Assembly: GCF_006345805.1 (NCBI RefSeq)
Contig: NC_043019.1
Location: forward strand, 28,705,360-28,769,359
Length of the DNA: 64,000 nt
Origin: Octopus sinensis
Taxonomy: Eukaryota
Direction: 5' to 3'
The notes under the pieces are model-generated. The model saw only the letters and a program-made list of their open reading frames with translations, ran no database searches and was not told where the DNA came from. Positions 37,410-50,244 of the stretch are shown in pieces; positions within the stretch are counted from its first letter, which is position 1, and the number at the start of each line of letters is the position of its first letter. The position numbers were made by a program, and so were the translations under genes.

Positions 37410-39042
37410 ACGTATGAATGTATGTATGTATGTATGTATGTATGTATGTATGTATGTATGTATGTATGTATGTATGTATGTATGTGTGTATGTATGTGTG
37501 TATGTGTGTATGTGTGTATGTATGTATGTATGTATGTATGTATGTATGTATGTATGAATGTATGTATGTATGTATGTGTGTATGTGTGTATGTATGTGTG
37601 TATGTATGTATGTATTATGTATGTATGTATTATGTATGTATGTATGTATGTATGTATTATGTATGTGTGTATGTGTGTATGTGTGTAGTTGTATGTTTGT
37701 GTATGTATGTATGTATGTATGTTGTGTGTATGTGTGTATTGTGTATGTATGTATGTGTGTATGTATGTATGTATGTGTGTATGTGTGTATGTATGTATGT
37801 ATGTATGTATGTATGTATGTATGTGTGTATGTGTGTATGTATGTATGTATGTATGTATGTATGTATGTATGTATGTGTGTATGTGTGTATGTATGTATGT
37901 ATTATGTATGTATGTATTATGTATGTATGTATGTATGTATTATGTATGTATGTATGTATGTATGTATGTATGTATGTGTGTATGTGTGTATGTGTGTATG
38001 TATGTATGTATGTGTGTATGTATGTATGTATTATGTATGTATGTATTATGTATGTATGTATGTATGTATTATGTATGTATGTATTATGTATGTGTGTATG
38101 TATGTATGTATGTGTGTATGTGTGTATGTGTGTATGTATGTATGTATGTATGTATTATGTATGTATGTATGTATGTAAGTATGTAAGTATGTACGTATGT
38201 ATGTATGTATGTATGTATGTATGTATGTATGTATGTGTGTATGTGTGTATGTATGTATGTATGTATGTATGTGTGTATGTGTGTATGTATGTATGTATGT
38301 ATGTATGTATGTATTATGTATGTATGTATGTATGTATGTATGTGTATGTATGTATGTATGTAAGTATGTAAGTATGTACGTATGTATGTATGTATGTATG
38401 TATGTATGTGTGTATGTGTGTATGTATGTATGTATGTATGCATGTATGTATGTATGTATGTGTGCGTGTGTGTATGTATGTATGTATGTATGTATGTATG
38501 TGTATGTATGTATGCATATGCATGTATGTATGTATGTATGTGTGTGTGTATGTATGTATGCACGCCGGCATGCATGTATGCGTGTGTGTATGTGCGTGTG
38601 TTTGCGTGAGCGCGTTCATGCATGTATGTGTGCGTATGTATATGTATGTAAGTGTATGTATGTACGCATGTGTGTATTTATATGTATGCGCGTATATGTA
38701 TTTATGTTTGTATTATGTACGTGTATTATGTACGTGCGTATGTGTGTATAAGTATGTATGTCAGTATGTATGTATGTATGTCAGTATGTATGTATGTATG
38801 TCAGTATGTATGTATGTATGTCAGTATGTATGTATGTCATGCATGTATGTATGTATGTATGTGTGTCAGTATGTATGTATGTACGTATGTATGTATGTAT
38901 GTATGTGTGTATGTGTGTATGTATGTATGTATGTATGTATGTATGTATGTATGTATGTATGTCAGTATGTATGTATGTATGTGTGTATGTATGTATGTCA
39001 GTATGTATGTATATATGTATGTATGTGTGTGTGTGTGTGTTG
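37410..39042. repeat. ~1.6-kb (TATG)n microsatellite with variant blocks
   Basis: Directly visible. Confidence 0.97.
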
Positions 39043-39499
39043 TGGTTGCTTTGCCTTAGATCCGTTCTTATCGAGCAGACTTATGATCAAACCAATTTCA
39101 GCTTTGATCATGTCGCCTTTTTATTTGATTATTTATCTATTTATTTACTTTTTATTTTTTCCCTTTTCAGATATTGTCTATTGAGAACTACAAGATCCGG
39201 GGTAATTTTTCCCCTTTAAAATAAATATAGGCTGTGAGGAGAGTTGGCTGCTATTCCTCCCAAACTGAACGAGCATGTATTCAGAGCCATCTTAGCTAGG
39301 TAATTTATGGAATGCACTGAGCCCTGTTGTGAGTTCAAATTCCGCCGAGGTCGACTTTGCCTTTCATCCTTTCGGGGTCGATAAATTAAGTACCAGTTAC
39401 GCACTGGGGTCGATGTAATCGACTTAATACCTATGTCTGTCCTTGTTTGTCTCCTCTGTGTTTAGCCCCTTGTGGGTAATAAAGAAATATGTACTATTT

Positions 39500-40800
39500 A
39501 TCTAGTGACAGCAACTCATATCTTACATGGACCAGAATTAGGCCCAAAAACCCGTGGAGCCCTTCACCCTGGTCAACTGCCCAGTATGTTCATGCCAAAA
39601 GGTAGCACCGCATGTAAAGATTCCTTTTTTTATGTTAGATCTGACTCGTCTAAATATTTAATTAGAGCGCCAGTAACTACATGGATAGAACACCGGAAAA
39701 CTGGTAGAGAGATCAATGGCTAAGAGAGGATTATATGTCCGTCTGTCAGGGAGATGAGGGCCATCAAGTTATTCTTAGAGATAACTGATGTCTTGCGCGG
39801 TGACTTTGTTTAAAATGAAGAGTTGCGCAGTCAACCTTAATCTATCGTCCATGTCCATTTCAGTCCAGTGCCAAGACCAGGTCAAGCCGGCTGGAGATGG
39901 AGACGGATGTGGTGGATGACCAATATGTCGTACTTACCTGGTCTTGCTCTCTGCGGATCTTTTCGCTTTGACCGGCAGATTTTTAAAATAATTTCTTTGT
40001 AACTAAACACTGAGGATCTTAAAGTGAAAAGATCCCTCTCTGCACTCTACGATATGTTGCTACAGCTGCTTTCTCTGTTGAACTATGAAGGCTTCCTCCG
40101 CAGCCTGCCAAATCCGGTCTTCACATGCATAGGTAAGCAATCCCTAATTACTCATTTTTTTTTTTTTTCACTCTTTTTACTTGTTTCAGTCATTTGACTG
40201 CGGCCATGCTGGAGCACCGCCTTTAGTCGAGCAAATCGACCCCGGGACTTATTCTTTGTAAGCCCAGTACTTATTCTATCGGTCTCTTTTGCCGAACCGC
40301 TAAGTTACGGGGACGTAAACACACCAGCATCGGTTGTCAAGCAATGCTAGGGGAACACACACAGACACACAAACATATTCACACACACTTATATATATAT
40401 ACGACAGGCTTCTTTCAGTTTCCGTCTACCAAATCCACTCACAAGGCATTGGTCGGCCCGGGGCTATAGCAGAAGACAAGTGCCCAAGATGCCACGCAAT
40501 GGGACTGAACCCGGAACCATGTGGTTGGTTAGCAAGCTACTTACCAAACAGCCACTCCTGCGCCTATAGTCACTCCTGCGCCTAATATGTAATTAACTCA
40601 CAACTAGAACCCTAATAGTTGCTACTACTCCAGGTGATTGTAGACCTGGAAGTAATAGTGGCTAAAAAGTGATTCCATGCTCCTCAAAACCCTGGAACTC
40701 CCCAAAACCCAGGCCCCACTACCTACGGCAAAATGAAAAGTGCCGCATCTTTAAAAGTACCGCCCGGAGCGGACCCCCACTCCACCGCAGCTATGCTAGT
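39500..40800 (-). mobile_element. Unclassified dispersed repeat, possibly a LINE 5' region (copy 2), interrupted by a mini-MITE and a SINE
   Basis: Homologous to 13400-13940. Confidence 0.5.
39955..40035. mobile_element. 81-bp internally deleted Merlin-like MITE
   Basis: GGATCTTTTC...GAAAAGATCC ends and 8-bp TSD CTCTCTGC. A similar 67-bp copy lies at 46861-46927. Confidence 0.75.
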
Positions 40801-40984
40801 GGTAGTAAGTAACTACAATATAGCTTAACCCAAAGTTAGTTTTGATTGAGTACACTTGTGATTAAAGGTATTTGCCGTGACCATCTTGTCTCGTTCTAGG
40901 TATAGTATATTCAAAACTACATTAGCCAATGTCACTTCTTGAACTGAAATACATCTGCTAATATTTCTGTAACTCTTTCTGTAT

Positions 40985-41007
40985 CTTTTTTTATTTTTTT
41001 ATTTATT

Positions 41008-41070
<63 letters not shown>

Positions 41071-41088
41071 GTTATAGTTATAATTATA

Positions 41089-41130
<42 letters not shown>

Positions 41131-41182
41131 GTTATTGTTATAGTTATTATTATTATTATTATTATTTTTTTTTTTTTTTTTT
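40985..41182. repeat. (ATT)n tract ending in poly-T
   Basis: Directly visible. Confidence 0.95.
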
Positions 41183-43310
41183 ATTTTGCAGTATCATATG
41201 CAATTAACGGGTCTTTTCAATCTCGTGACTGAAATTGAAAAGATCTTTTCATCAACCCTGAAAGGATAAAAGGCATTGTCGACCTCTGCAGAATATGAAC
41301 TCAGAGCAAAAAGACGGACGAAATGCCGCTAAGCATTTTGCCCGGTGCGGTAACGATTTTGCCATCTCGCCGTCTTTAGTGTACCAAATATATAGGCTTA
41401 AAATTTTCGCACAAGGCCAGCTGTTTCGTGGGAGGGTGGTAAGCCGATTACTTCAACTCCAGTGTTCAACTGGTACTTATTTCATTGTCCCCGAAAGGAT
41501 GAAAGGCAAGATCGACTTCGGCGGAACTAGGATTCAAAACGAAAAGACGGTCCAAATGTCGCTAAACAGTTTGCCCGGCGCGGTAACGATTCCACCAGCT
41601 CGCTGCTTTCCTTGGTATTGCACTAAATATGGTTTTAGCAGGATTTCCATAAATTACCTTTACAATTTTAAAAATTCAGAAAGAAAAAAAAAGGTGTAGG
41701 AGTGGCTGTGTGGTATGTAGCTTGCTTACCAACCACATGGTCCTAGGTTCAGTCCCACTGCGTGGCACCTTGGGCAAGTGTTTTCTACTATAGCCTCGGG
41801 CCGACCAGACTTGTGAGTGGATTTGGTAGACGGAAACTGAAAGAAGCCCGTCGCATATATGTATATATATGTGTATGTGTGTGTATATGTTTGTGTGTCT
41901 GTATTTATCGAGCTAGCAGAAGCGTTAGCACGCCGGGCGAAATGCTTTGCGGTACTTCGTCTGCCGTTACGTTGTGAGTTCAAATTCCGCCGAGGTCGAC
42001 TTTGCCTTTCATCCTTTCGGGGTCGATAAATTAAGTACCAGTTACGCACTGGGGTCGATGTAATCGACATAATACCTATGTCTGTCCTTGTTTGTCCCCT
42101 CTGTGTTTAGCCCCTTGTGGGTAATAAAGAAATATGTATTTATCCCCCCACCCACCAACATTGCTTGACAACCGATGCTGGTGTGTTTACGTCCCCGTAA
42201 CTTAGCGGTTCGGCAAAAGCGACCGATAGAATAAGTACTGGGCTTACAAAGAACAATTCCTGGGGTCGACTAAAGGCGGTGCTCCAGTATGGCCACAGTC
42301 AAATGACTGAAAAGAGTAAAAGAGAGTAAAGAGGATAACGCGGCAGATTATGGGCAACCAATGGAGCCCACGTGGAAGTGTTCTGATGCTTCTAATAAAA
42401 CTTTATCTGCTTTCCTTTATTTTCCAATAAACTTTGCTGAGTTATTCTTTTTTCTGAATTTTCCAAATTGCAAAGATAGTTTATGGACATCCTGTATATC
42501 GCTATCGTATCAAATATGTTGTGTTGTATCGTTATGGATTTGCTATTTCGATACTGTGTCAAATATATCATTATTGTATCACATATACAGTTAATATATA
42601 TAAAAAATAAATAGTTTTTTTAATTAAACTGTGGTTGTATTCTTATTAGCATGCATGTCACAACATGGAATGTGTGAGGGGGGAGGGAGAGAGAGAGGAG
42701 AGAGAATGTGTATGTGGGAGAGGGAGGGAGAGAGTGCATGTGTGTGAGAAAGGAGGGGGGCAGAGAGAGGAGAGAGAATGTGTATATGGGAGAGGGAGGG
42801 AGAGAGTGCATGTGTGTGAGAAAGGAGGGAGGGATAAAGAGAGGAGAGAGAGAGAGAGATTATTGAAAGGGCCTATACAAAATGTTGAAATACAGGCTTG
42901 GACCCGTCTTATTTTATCAGTTCTTCATTTAAAGTGGATCCTGATAAAATAGGTTTCGTATAGAAAAGTGTACACTGATTTTCTGAATACCATAAGCGTG
43001 CATGTGTGTGTGTGTGTATGTCCGCGTGTGTATCTGTGTATGTGTGCTCGCGCATGCATCCATGCGTGCGTGTGTGCGAGGCCGACCTAAGTAATGACGA
43101 AAGGATTAAACTTTAAACGTTCTCTTTTGTCCTGAGCATGAATAACTATTTATGTCGAGTCTTGTTAAATTTCCTGTTTCCAAATTATGACCTCCCCAAC
43201 ACCAACGCCACCGCCAGTCTTAATCCTTGATCTACTCTCTATATATTGTATGTGTATGTATGTACTGTAGTATTTGCTTCTGAATCCTGTTCCTGTCTTC
43301 TTTCCTGGAA

Positions 43311-43613
43311 ACGTATGAGTCTCTCCTGGTCGAGCCGATATTTCTCTGCACTGAGAGATCACAGCTCCGGTATTACGATCATATGACTAGAATGTCACTA
43401 GATAGAATCGCAAGGCGGGTTGCTCAAGCCATGTCAACCGACAAGAGACCTACGGTTAGACCAAGAACGAGATGGTTGGGTAATTATACATAGTCTCAGT
43501 TGGGGATCTGCTTCTGGTAGGACCCTAAGCAGGATGTGCCTCAAAACTCTACACCTAACAATCCTCCCTGGAGTATAAGGACAGAGAACATGGATGGATG
43601 GACGGATGGATGG
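43311..43613 (+). mobile_element. RTE/Rex-type LINE 3' fragment with (GGAT)n tail
   Basis: My translation: ESLLVEPIFLCTERSQLRYYDHMTRMSLDRIARRVAQAMSTDKRPTVRPRTRWL*. Matches EPLLLRIERSQLRWFGHVTRM...RPRGRPRTRW. Confidence 0.8.
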
Positions 43614-43832
43614 TTTTTATTCCTTTACTTGTTTCAGTCATTTGACTGCGGCCATGCTGGGGCACCGTCTTGAAGATTTTTTTAGTCGACTGAATTGACC
43701 CCAATACTTATTTTTTTAAAAAATAAGCCTGGTACTTACTCTATCGAACTCTTTTGCCAGGAACGCAAACACACCAACACCGGTTGTCAAGCGATGGTAG
43801 GGGGACAAACACAGACACAAATATATATAACA

Positions 43833-44229
43833 CTAGCAGTATCGCCCGGCGTTGCTCGGGTTTCTAAGGGAAATAACTATATAAGCATTTTTAGAGAGTT
43901 ATAGCCAAAGAATAGCAAAAAAATGCATTGAAAATGGGAAAAAATGATTGTAAATTTTTTTTAAATCGTTGACTCATCGTAGACATTTTTAGAGAGTTAC
44001 TCCCCTTATATAATAGCGAAAAAATGCATTAAAATGGAAAAAAATTATGGTAAATTATTTTTTAAATCGTAGACTCATCGTAGACGCGCGCTAATACCCA
44101 GAAGGGCTCGATATGAATCACGACTATAAGATACCCGGTTTTGGTTAAACTGCACCGCAAAATGTGGGAGTAGTTAGGAATCTAAATCGTAGGAGACATG
44201 ACACACAACTTGACTTTTATATATAAAGA
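43833..44229 (-). mobile_element. Non-autonomous Helitron (397 bp) inside a family A SINE
   Basis: Reverse complement of the 20693 family, with A|TC...CTAG|T on the - strand. Confidence 0.85.
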
Positions 44230-44609
44230 TATATGACGGACTTCTTTCAGTTTCCGCCTACCAAATCCACCCACGAGGCTCTGGTCGGTCCGGTGCTATA
44301 GTAGCAGACACTTGCCCACGGTGTCACGCAGTGGAACTGAACCTGGAACCATGTAATTGAGAAACAAACTTCTTATCCCACAGCCACGCCTCTGATGAAT
44401 CACTTACAGCCATTGTTTCACAGCAACAGAAAAGCACTTAATAACACTTAATAACAGAAAGTGTTCATATCTAAACAAACGTAGCAACTCGAACTGCTAG
44501 AAATAACAGTCAAATTTTCATCACATCAAAGCTGACTATCTTGGTAAAGGAAAGGATAGACGCAATGGTCATAAGAAGAATGCATTTCATCATATATCTG
44601 GTCGATTAG

Positions 44610-45025
44610 AATTAACCTGGCAGAAACGTTAGCACGCCGGGCGAAATACTTAGCGGTATTTCGTCTGTCGTTACGCTGTGAGTTCAAATTCCGCTAAGGT
44701 CGACTTTGCCTTTCATCCTTTCGGGGTCGATAAATTAAGTACCAGTTACTCACTGTGGTCGATGTAATCGACTTAATCTGTGTGTATGTCCTTGTTTGTT
44801 CCCTCTGTGTTTAGCCCCTTGTGGGTAATAAAGAAATAGGTATTTCGTCTGTCGTTACGTTGTGAGTTCAAATTCCGCCGAGGTCGACTTTGCCTTTCAT
44901 CCTTTCGGGGTCGATAAATTAAGTACCAGTTACGCACTGGGGTTAATATAATCGACTTAATACCTATGTCTGACCTTGTTTGTCCCCTCTATGTTTAGCA
45001 CCTTGTGGGTAATAAAGAAATAGGT
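44610..45025 (+). mobile_element. SINE family C dimer
   Basis: The second unit restarts at GTATTTCGTCTG after AAAGAAATAG. Similar dimers at ~26680-27105 and 35490-35910, and a four-unit array at ~45635-46165. Confidence 0.85.
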
Positions 45026-47321
45026 ATAAACGACAATAACAGCTGTTGTTCGTTTGTTCGAGTCTTTGTGCACAGTGTTAAGGTTTCGAACTGTCATTTA
45101 CACGACGTAGCCATTCGGCTGTTTCAAGCTGACAGAGAGTGAGATCTGTTTAATTAAAACAATGCCTTTAGTTGGCTGGTTGTTACGGACAACACATAAA
45201 GTGATATTTACCAAGTGATCTGAATGTATAAAAAAAAAAAGCAACAAGAAGTGTTCGGTCAAGCATAAAGGTAATTGTCTTAAAGTAGTCAAAAGTTTCG
45301 TCATATAATTGAGAAGTGGGGTGGGATGGACTTTCATTGTTTTCTTTTTTTATTATCTGTATTCAAAAACGTCGAGGAATGGAGCGTTTAAAATGGAAAA
45401 AAAGATGGTTGAGCTTAACACTGGTTGGTGTCTAGTTTACGGGAAAAATATTGCTAAAAATTTAATAAAAAGTTAACCCTTTGCCCGTGTGTGTGTGTGT
45501 GTGTGTGTGGAGGGAGTCGATTACATCGACCCCAGTACTTGATAATACTTACGTTATCGACCCCGAAAGGTTGAAAGGCAAAGTCGACCTCGGTGGAACG
45601 TAAAGACGGACGAAATGCCGCTAAGCTAACGATTCTTATTTCTTTATTACCCACAAGGGGCTAAACATAAAGGGGACAAACAAGGACAGACAAACGGATT
45701 AAGTCGATTACATCGACTCCAGTGCATAACTGGTACTTAATTTATCGACCCCCGAAAGGACTAAAGGAAAAATCGACCCCGGCGGAATTTGAACTCAGAA
45801 TGTAGTGGCAGACGAAATACATATTTTTTATTGCCCACAAGGGGCTAAACATAGAGGGAACAAACAAGGACAGACAAACGGATTAAGTCGATTATATCGA
45901 CCTCAGTGCGTCACTGGTACTTAATTCATCAACCCTGAAAGGATGAAAGGCAAAATCGACCTCAGAACGTAGCGGCAGACGAAATACCTATTTCTTTATT
46001 GCCCACAAGGGGATAAACACAGAGGGGACAAACAAGGACAGACAAACGGATTAAGTCGATTCCATCGACCCCAGTGCATAACTGGTACTTAATTTATCGA
46101 CCCCGAAAGGATGAAAGGCTAAGCATTTCGCCCGGCGTGCTAACGTTTCTGCCAGCGCGCCGCCTCACATAAAAGCTATAAATAATAGCATATGAATATT
46201 GCGTTGAAAATCGTTTTTAGACAAAAAAAGAAAACAAAATCGAACTGTTTTTGCTCAAGAACAAAATGTACTGCAAGGTCTGAGAATAGGGGTCGAAACC
46301 ACGACCTTGCGATCGTGAATCCAACACCACCAACCACCAGAACACATTCGTTCATTGACTCACGGTTTCATGTAAAAGTTATAATTGATTTGAGCGTTTC
46401 TCGTTAATTTCCTTTTAAGAGCCACACTTAATCTCCCACCACTGCTGCTGCTTAACTCAGCTTGAGTGCTCATCCACTTATACTATTCTGATATTTATCA
46501 AGCTTTATTTTAGATCAAAAGTAAAATATCCTCCTGACCTATCCTTTTACCTCAGGCCTAATCTTGACATAAACCTGATACGGAAGTTTCAAGCGAATAC
46601 GGATTTACTGAAGTGAATAATAATGTATCGTCAGAGTTCGTGTCGTACAGGATGTGAGCAAAAAAGCGTTTACACACCTAATAAATTCAGTCATTAAATT
46701 TTGTTTTTATCTTTATCATTAAAAAACTTAAGTGTATTCTCTAGCAGTTTTATAATGAATTAATAATAGATATTGAACTGCACGGGTGATACTGCATCAT
46801 AGCCATGGACCTCGGGCTGAAACAAGTAAAAGGATAAAAAAATACGTCTGTGTATATGTGGGATCTTTTCGCTTTGACCGGCAGATTTTTTAATAATTTC
46901 TTTGTAACTAAACACTTTTAAAGATCCATGTGTGTGTATGAGTGTTTGTGTGTGTGTGTGTGTGGGGGGGGGGGGGGTTAAATAATATATGCTGCCAGGG
47001 TCGACTTTGCCGTTTATCCTTTCGGGACTACCAGCTGAACGGTGGGGGTCGATGTAATCGACTTACCCCAAATCCCGAAAGTGCTGGCCTCGTGCTAAAA
47101 TCTGAAACCGACATTTATATATACTCTTTTACTTGTTTCAGTCATTTGACTGCGGCCATGCTGGAGCACCGCCTTTAGTCGAGCAAATCGACCCCGGGAC
47201 TTATTCTTTGTAAGCCCAGTACTTATTCTATCGGTCGCTTTTGCCGAACCGCTAAATTACGGGGACGTAAACACACCAGCATCGGTTGTCAAGCAATGCT
47301 AGGGGGACAAACACAGACACA

Positions 47322-47396
<75 letters not shown>

Positions 47397-48097
47397 CATA
47401 TATACGACGGGCTTCTTTCAGTTTTCGTCTACCAAATCCACTCATAAGGCTTTGGTTGGCCCGAGGCTATAGTAGAAGACACTTGCCCAAGGTGCCACGC
47501 AGTGGGACTGAACCCGGAACCATGTGGTTGGTTAGCAAGCTACTTACCACACAGCCACTCCTACGCCTATATATATGTATATATATATGTGTGTATTCAT
47601 TAAGTATTATATATATATATAGAGAGAGAGAGGGGTGGGGGGCTTCTAATAAGATCCCAATAAAGGTCAAAATCGTTTAAGGATGTGTTTTAATAGGTAA
47701 ATTTGAAGTTTGTAGGGCTTCGTGTGTGTGAGAGAAAGGGGGGGTATGCGTGTAAAAAGAAGAAGCATGATACTCTGAAATGGTGAATTTAAAAGGCCAG
47801 TTACAGTGGACCATCAAAAGTTATTGTTTAGTCCCAGGTCAGCCCTGATCCAGCAGCAGGGCTGGTTGAGGGCATTGGCAACTCGAATAGTCGCCTGGTT
47901 TGTATCACGAACTAGGAACATCACGTCAAGTGTTTGGGATATTCCAGATACAAAAACGGTTCGTTATGAAAAGATCCCGATGGGATAAGTATACCAGCTG
48001 AGCACTGGGTCGACGTAATCGACTGTCCCCCTCCCCCAACATTTCAGGCCTTGTGCCTTATAGTAGAAATAAATATATTTGGTACAATAGGTATATA

Positions 48098-48860
48098 TCT
48101 ATATATATGAAACTGTAGTTGTGTGAGTGTCTGTCTCCTACGATTTAGATTCCTAACTCCTCCCACATTTTGCGGTGCAGTTTAACCAAATTCGGGTATC
48201 TTATAGTCGTGATTAATATCGAGCCCGTCTGGCTATTAGCGCGCGTCTACGATGAGTCTACGATTTAAAAAGAATTTACCATCAATTTTTACCATTTTTA
48301 ATGCATTTTGGGCATATATAAGGGAAGTAACTCTCTAAAAATTTATTAAATCTCAGAACGTAAAAAGCTACAATAACACCCCCCCCTTGTGGTTAGCCAT
48401 ATTGAGATGGCTATTATACTTTACATCTCTAAAAATGCTTATATAGTTATTTCCCTTACAAACCCGAGCAACGCCGGGCGATACTGCTAGTCTTTATATA
48501 TAAAAGTCAAGTTGTGTGTCTCCTACGATTTAGATTCCTTACTCCCACATTTTGCGGTGCAAAATATAGTCGTGATTCATATCGAGCCCTTCTGGGTATT
48601 AGCGCGCGTCTACGATGAGTCTACGATTTAAAAAAAATTTACCATCATTTTTTTCCATTTTGATGCATTTTTTCGCTATTATATAAGGGAAGTAACTCTC
48701 TAAAAATGTCTACGATGAGTCAACGATTAAAAAAAATATTTACCATAATTTTTTTTCGATTTTTAATGCATTTTTTGTTATTTTTTGGCTATAACTCTCT
48801 AAAAATGCTTATATAGATATTTCCCTTACAAACCCGAGCAACGCCGGACGATACTGCTAG
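48098..48860 (+). mobile_element. Two head-to-tail non-autonomous Helitrons (48098-48490 and 48491-48860)
   Basis: A|TC start, CTAG|TC junction at 48490/48491, CTAG|T end. Each has its own 3' hairpin. Confidence 0.85.
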
Positions 48861-49243
48861 TCATTGATACAATAATGACATATTTTATACAATAAGGATA
48901 TATTTAATACAATAACATGTTTGATACAGCAAACGGGTATATAATACAGTAACAATATATTTGACATTTTTAAGGCGATTGCAGCTTGGCAGATTCGGCG
49001 TGTTTATCTCGCACTCATAAACAACAGTGAAATTGTTGGAAACCAGCCGACGAGGAGTGGAGCTCCTTTCAGCTATTTTCGTTGAGACATTTATTCTCGT
49101 TAGATCGGGTTTGCTCAAAACATCGACGCCGCTTTTCTGCAGATTTTTCAGAACCTATGGTTCCAATGGCTTTCTGGATTACTGATGTTTTTTCCGAATC
49201 AAAGCTGGTTGACTTGGTCAACACACTCTTGATTAAATTTTAA

Positions 49244-49652
49244 GGATCTTTTCGGTTTGAACGGCAGTTTTTAAAAATAATTTCCACGTAACTAAACACT
49301 TTTAAACTTCGTATACTGGTAGAATGTGTTTATAAAACATCTTTTTTTCTTGGCTTTATTGAGAAAATTTTATAGTTTGTAAGATATTTGTTGTTTTTTT
49401 CCTTCAATTTCTGCAATTTCAACCAATCAATGACGTCTATTGAGGTGAAAACATTCTGTGTCGTATGAATATGTCCCTCGTTTAAGAAACAGGTTGGGTT
49501 TATTTACATTTGTGAAGAAAAAAAATACCCTTCCCCCACCCCTAACCCTAACCCAGATTGAAATGCAATAGATCGATACTAGGGTCATAATTATGGGTGA
49601 CAATTTCATATGACACCGCTAGAAAAAACTGCCGTTCAAACCGAAAAGATCC
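49244..49652. mobile_element. Merlin-like MITE family 1
   Basis: ~28-bp TIR GGATCTTTTCGGTTTGAACGGCAGTTTT and 8-bp TSD AATTTTAA. GG termini with an 8-bp TSD fit Merlin/IS1016 better than hAT (inference). Confidence 0.8.
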
Positions 49653-49698
49653 AATTTTAAATTTACTTAAATAATTAATTGAAATACACCAGCGAGAC

Positions 49699-50244
49699 GC
49701 GAAATTTTTTACCCCACGAGAGTTCCGGACCCCATTTATGAACTCGTTTGCACACAGCCAATCAGAGCTCAACCATCAAACTAATGTATGAGTGCATAAC
49801 ATGTGATGGGCCATAAGATAAGGTCACTTGGGTAAGGAATGACCATGCTTCTTTTCACTTTTAATAATGCTTGTTGTTCTTGTTCTTGTTTCAACCATGG
49901 CTGCCTCTGCGTAGTTATTTGTGTTGTTGTTTACTTTGTAAAACTGTAAGGGGAAAGGGTTGCTAGCACATCACCCTCTACCCACATTTTTTCCATCCAC
50001 ATCTTTACCATAAGCAGGACCCTAACAAAATCCGATAATAGGTATATAGCAGATCTATCTAATTACTTGTCTCCTAAAATCAAGCATATCTTGGCGATCG
50101 GTCAGCCTACAACACTATTCTTCGTCTTGAGTTTACTTGGCAGAGTGTGTTTGTTAACTTAACAAGGTAAAGGTGAGCTCTGATTGGCTGTATACAAATG
50201 AGTTCATTGCTGGGGTCCGGAACTCTCGTAGGAAAAAATTTCGC
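49699..50244. mobile_element. Unclassified element with ~72-bp imperfect TIRs
   Basis: 49699-49771 is the reverse complement of 50174-50244 (GAGAGTTCCGGACCCC...CAGCCAATCAGAGCTCA). No TSD found. Confidence 0.6.

Noticed and set aside
37418-39219. Long ORFs (up to 317 aa, MYVC repeats) and similar ones at 6-359, 10939-11549, 36407-36970
   Set aside because: Translations of stop-free (TATG)/(TA)/(CA) microsatellites, open in many frames at once.
39931-39945. Perfect - strand donor CAG|GTAAGT
   Set aside because: It lies within a dispersed repeat with a homolog at ~13.6 kb, and the upstream frame contains stops and a MITE.
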